From positions 2,728,001-2,792,000 of the forward strand of contig OZ218960.1 of NCBI GenBank assembly GCA_965112735.1: a stretch of 64,000 nucleotides of DNA, written 5' to 3'. Position 1 is the first letter of the stretch. The number at the start of each line of letters is the position of its first letter. The DNA comes from Phaeosaccion multiseriatum (lineage: Eukaryota; Protista; Ochrophyta, other classes). Of the stretch, positions 61,401-64,000 are shown in pieces. The translations under genes were made by a program, and so were the position numbers. Below the pieces are notes generated by a model. The model saw only the letters and a program-made list of their open reading frames with translations, had not been told where the DNA came from and did no database searches.

Positions 61401-64000
61401 ACAGAGACAGTGAGAGACAGAGGTGGACCCAAACGGAGGAAGGAAGCACCAACACGTCGGTTGGTGTTGGGTGTGAGTATTGCCTGTACTGCATCAAAAG
61501 GACTGCTCTCTTCGTGCTCGTTCCCTTGTCTGAGCGCGGGAAAGACCGAGCGAGAGCGAGCGAGTGGGCCAGCGAGTGTGTTTGCTCTGGTGGGCGCGCG
61601 CGAGACCGCACAAGGGGCACAAGGGGCACAAGGGGGGTGTGCCATGTGAGCGGGGGGAGGGAGGGTGTGGATGCTTGAAGATCGGGCCAGGCCAGCACGG
61701 ATGCACTGACGCACTGCTGGATCGGATTGCTGGAAGCTTGGCTGGACAGACTTGCTGAGGGCCTTGCTGATGGCCTTACTGAGAGCGATCGATGCCGCTT
61801 GGGGGGGGGGGAGAAAGCGAAGGGGGGATCGGTACAGTAGAGCTGCTCCCTCCCATCGATTTGACACCCAAACTGCTGTCTTTGAACCACAAATTGGCCT
61901 TCCTGCAAGGGCTCGGAGGCGGGGGGGGGGGTGTTGAGGGAGTCTCTACCTCGACTCACAGCTCTTCCGACTATTCTTTTGATTCATTCGATTCTTACTC
62001 CAAGTCGACAACGAACCAACAAACGAAACAAACCCCACCCACAGGCGACCGGGCTGGTGGTGGATGTGAAGGCGTTCAACAGAAAGATGAAGAAGCTCAA
62101 CACTGACCTTGTGTACAAGCAGCAGAAGTTCAACTTGCTCAGGGAGGAGAGCGAGGGGTACGCCAAGGTGCTGGTGCTGCTGTCAGGGGCGAGGGTTACC
62201 AAGCAGGAGGAGCTGCAGACAAACATGCTCCGGCTCATCGGGTAAGTAGCGTTGGGACGGATGGGCAGTGTGGGGGAGGGAGGGATGGACGTAGAGAGGG
62301 GATGAGTGAGTGAGTGAGTGAGTGAAGGACTTGGTGAGTACTTGAGCGAGTGAGTAGTGAGTGGATGAGAGAGTGATTGAGTGGGTGGGTGGGTGAGTGA
62401 ATGAATGTACCCGTCTGCTTTTCTCTTCCTTAGGCATCGCTCTGAACTCAACCCCCACCTCCCTCCGTCCGTCCGTCCGTCCCTCCCTCCCTCCCTCCCT
62501 CCCCCGTCCCTCCTCACAGCTACTTCGACCTTGACCCGAACCGCGTCTTCTCCCTCTTGCTGGAGGCCCTGGAGCAAGACTCCAGCAACTCCTCCCTCCT
62601 ACACCTTGCCACCTCCTTCCGCCCCTCCTCTCTGCCGCACATCCTGGGCTTCACCTTCGCGTGGTACCAAAGGGCGGAGGTGGCGGAGGCGCTAAGGAAG
62701 AAGGCCGGGGTGGCAGCTGATGGTAAGCATGGGACAACATTGACTTTGAAATGACATATTACAAGGTTGCCTTTGGTTGCGTTGCATTGGATTCGACAGG
62801 AAGCCGCTCTCTCTCTCTGTGGTTTCTCTTCTCTCTATTCCCTAAACTCTCTCTCTCTCTGTTTCTCTTCTCTCTATTCCCTAAACTCTCTCTCTCTCTC
62901 TGTTTCTCTTCTCTCTATTCCCTAAACTCTCTCTCTCTCTGTCTCTCTTCTCTCTATTCCCTAAACTCTCTCTCTCTCTGTCTCTCTTCTCTCTATTCCC
63001 TAAACTCTCTCTCTCTCTGTTTCTCTTCTCTCTATTCCCTAAACTCTCTCTCTCTCTGTCTCTCTTCTCTCTATTCCCTAAACTCTCTCTCTCTCTGTCT
63101 CTCTTCTCTCTATTCCCTAAACTCTCTCTCTCTCTGTCTCTCTTCTCTCTATTCCCTAAACTCTCTCTCTCTCTGTGGTTTCTCTGTCTCTCTTCTCTCT
63201 CCCCCCCCCCCCCTCTATCTCTGTTTGGTGTGTGTGTTTGTCTATCTGTGTGTATATTCTCTCCCTCTCCCCCTCTCCCCCTCCTCTCCTCTGTTTGTCT
63301 GTGTGTGTGTGTGTGTGCCCCTCCCCCCCTCCTCCCCTGTGCAGGTGGACACGGCAAGGGGGTGACCCCGAAGAGTCTCTACCACGTTGCCGCCGTCGTG
63401 CTGTCCGCGGGTAAGCCCGAGGGTCAGGGTCAGGGTCAGGGTCAGGATTACAGTCAGCTCTTAGGGTAGGGTCAGGGGAAGGGCAAGAGTCAAGGTCAGG
63501 GTCAGGGGCAGGGTCAGGGGATGGGAGGAATACATGGATGCATACGTGGGCCCTTCCACTCGCTGGCGTTTCACCGTCCCTTTCCTTCCCCTCCCTTCCC
63601 ATCCCATCTACCATTAACCTACCCTACCCTGCCCTGCCCGCACACCTCTGCTCCACCCCACTCTGCCCATACACCTCTACCCTGACCTGCCCTGCCCACA
63701 GACATGCTCCCCTTGCAAGACCTCCTCCCCCACCTGCAGCCCACACCACAGGTCATGGGGGAGGAGCAGCGTCGCTTCCAGGCACACGAGTTGGTAGTAG
63801 CCGCCAAGCTAGGCGTCGTCAACCTGTCAGGAGGGGGAGCAGACAAGGACAAGGGTGGCAAGGCAGGAGGAGGAGACAAGGGCTCTGCTGTATCACCAAC
63901 TGCTGCCCCTGCCCTTACAAACCCCATGGCCATCTGCCTGCAGACATTGTCACCAGAGCTAGAGCAAGTGCCAGGGGCGGGGGCGGGGGCCGCAGTGGGG
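60011..64000 (+). CDS. THOC2: THO complex subunit 2, 5' portion (runs off the window)
   Basis: KKLNTDLVYKQQKFNLLREESEGYAKV…LRLIG|YFDLDPNRVFSLLLEALE…LPHILGFTF; TPKSLYHVAA. Confidence 0.93.
62808..63195. repeat. ~39-bp minisatellite, 9 units [(CT)n GTCTCTCTTCTCTCTATTCCCTAAA], in a THOC2 intron
   Basis: Nine visible TATTCCCTAAA-containing units. Confidence 0.95.

Overview
Eukaryotic nuclear DNA, most likely from a photosynthetic stramenopile (ochrophyte). One gene starts with a signal peptide plus the ASAF bipartite plastid-targeting motif. Genes are GT-AG intron-rich, and introns and coding loops are full of microsatellites, so most track ORFs are artefacts. Genes recognised after manual splicing: MED14, BUB3, DPH6 (with RidA-like domains), PDCL3-like phosducin, THOC2 (5' part), a RetSat/CRTISO-family FAD oxidoreductase, a Frag1/DRAM/Sfk1 membrane protein, an ankyrin+UIM protein, two WRKY19-like Cys3His zinc-finger proteins and a small plastid protein. 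Four unusual signals stand out. (1) An intronless PPR-SMR gene has 14 nearly identical 105-bp repeats that vary at the two RNA-code positions, like a natural programmable RNA nuclease. (2) The 11-bp motif GTTGGTGATAC occurs 14 times exactly, plus many variants. It lies on both strands, in exons read in three different frames and in introns, usually inside CAG/CTG tracts. (3) A secreted Ser/Tyr-rich precursor has four RXL sites, resembling diatom biosilica proteins, and its 3' end is duplicated through a (TCC)n junction. (4) An intronless, bacterial-looking FN3-FN3-GH16 glycanase. Also present are a MITE with TIRs and a 7-bp TSD, a foldback element and several duplications. All calls were made by eye; no database searches were run.
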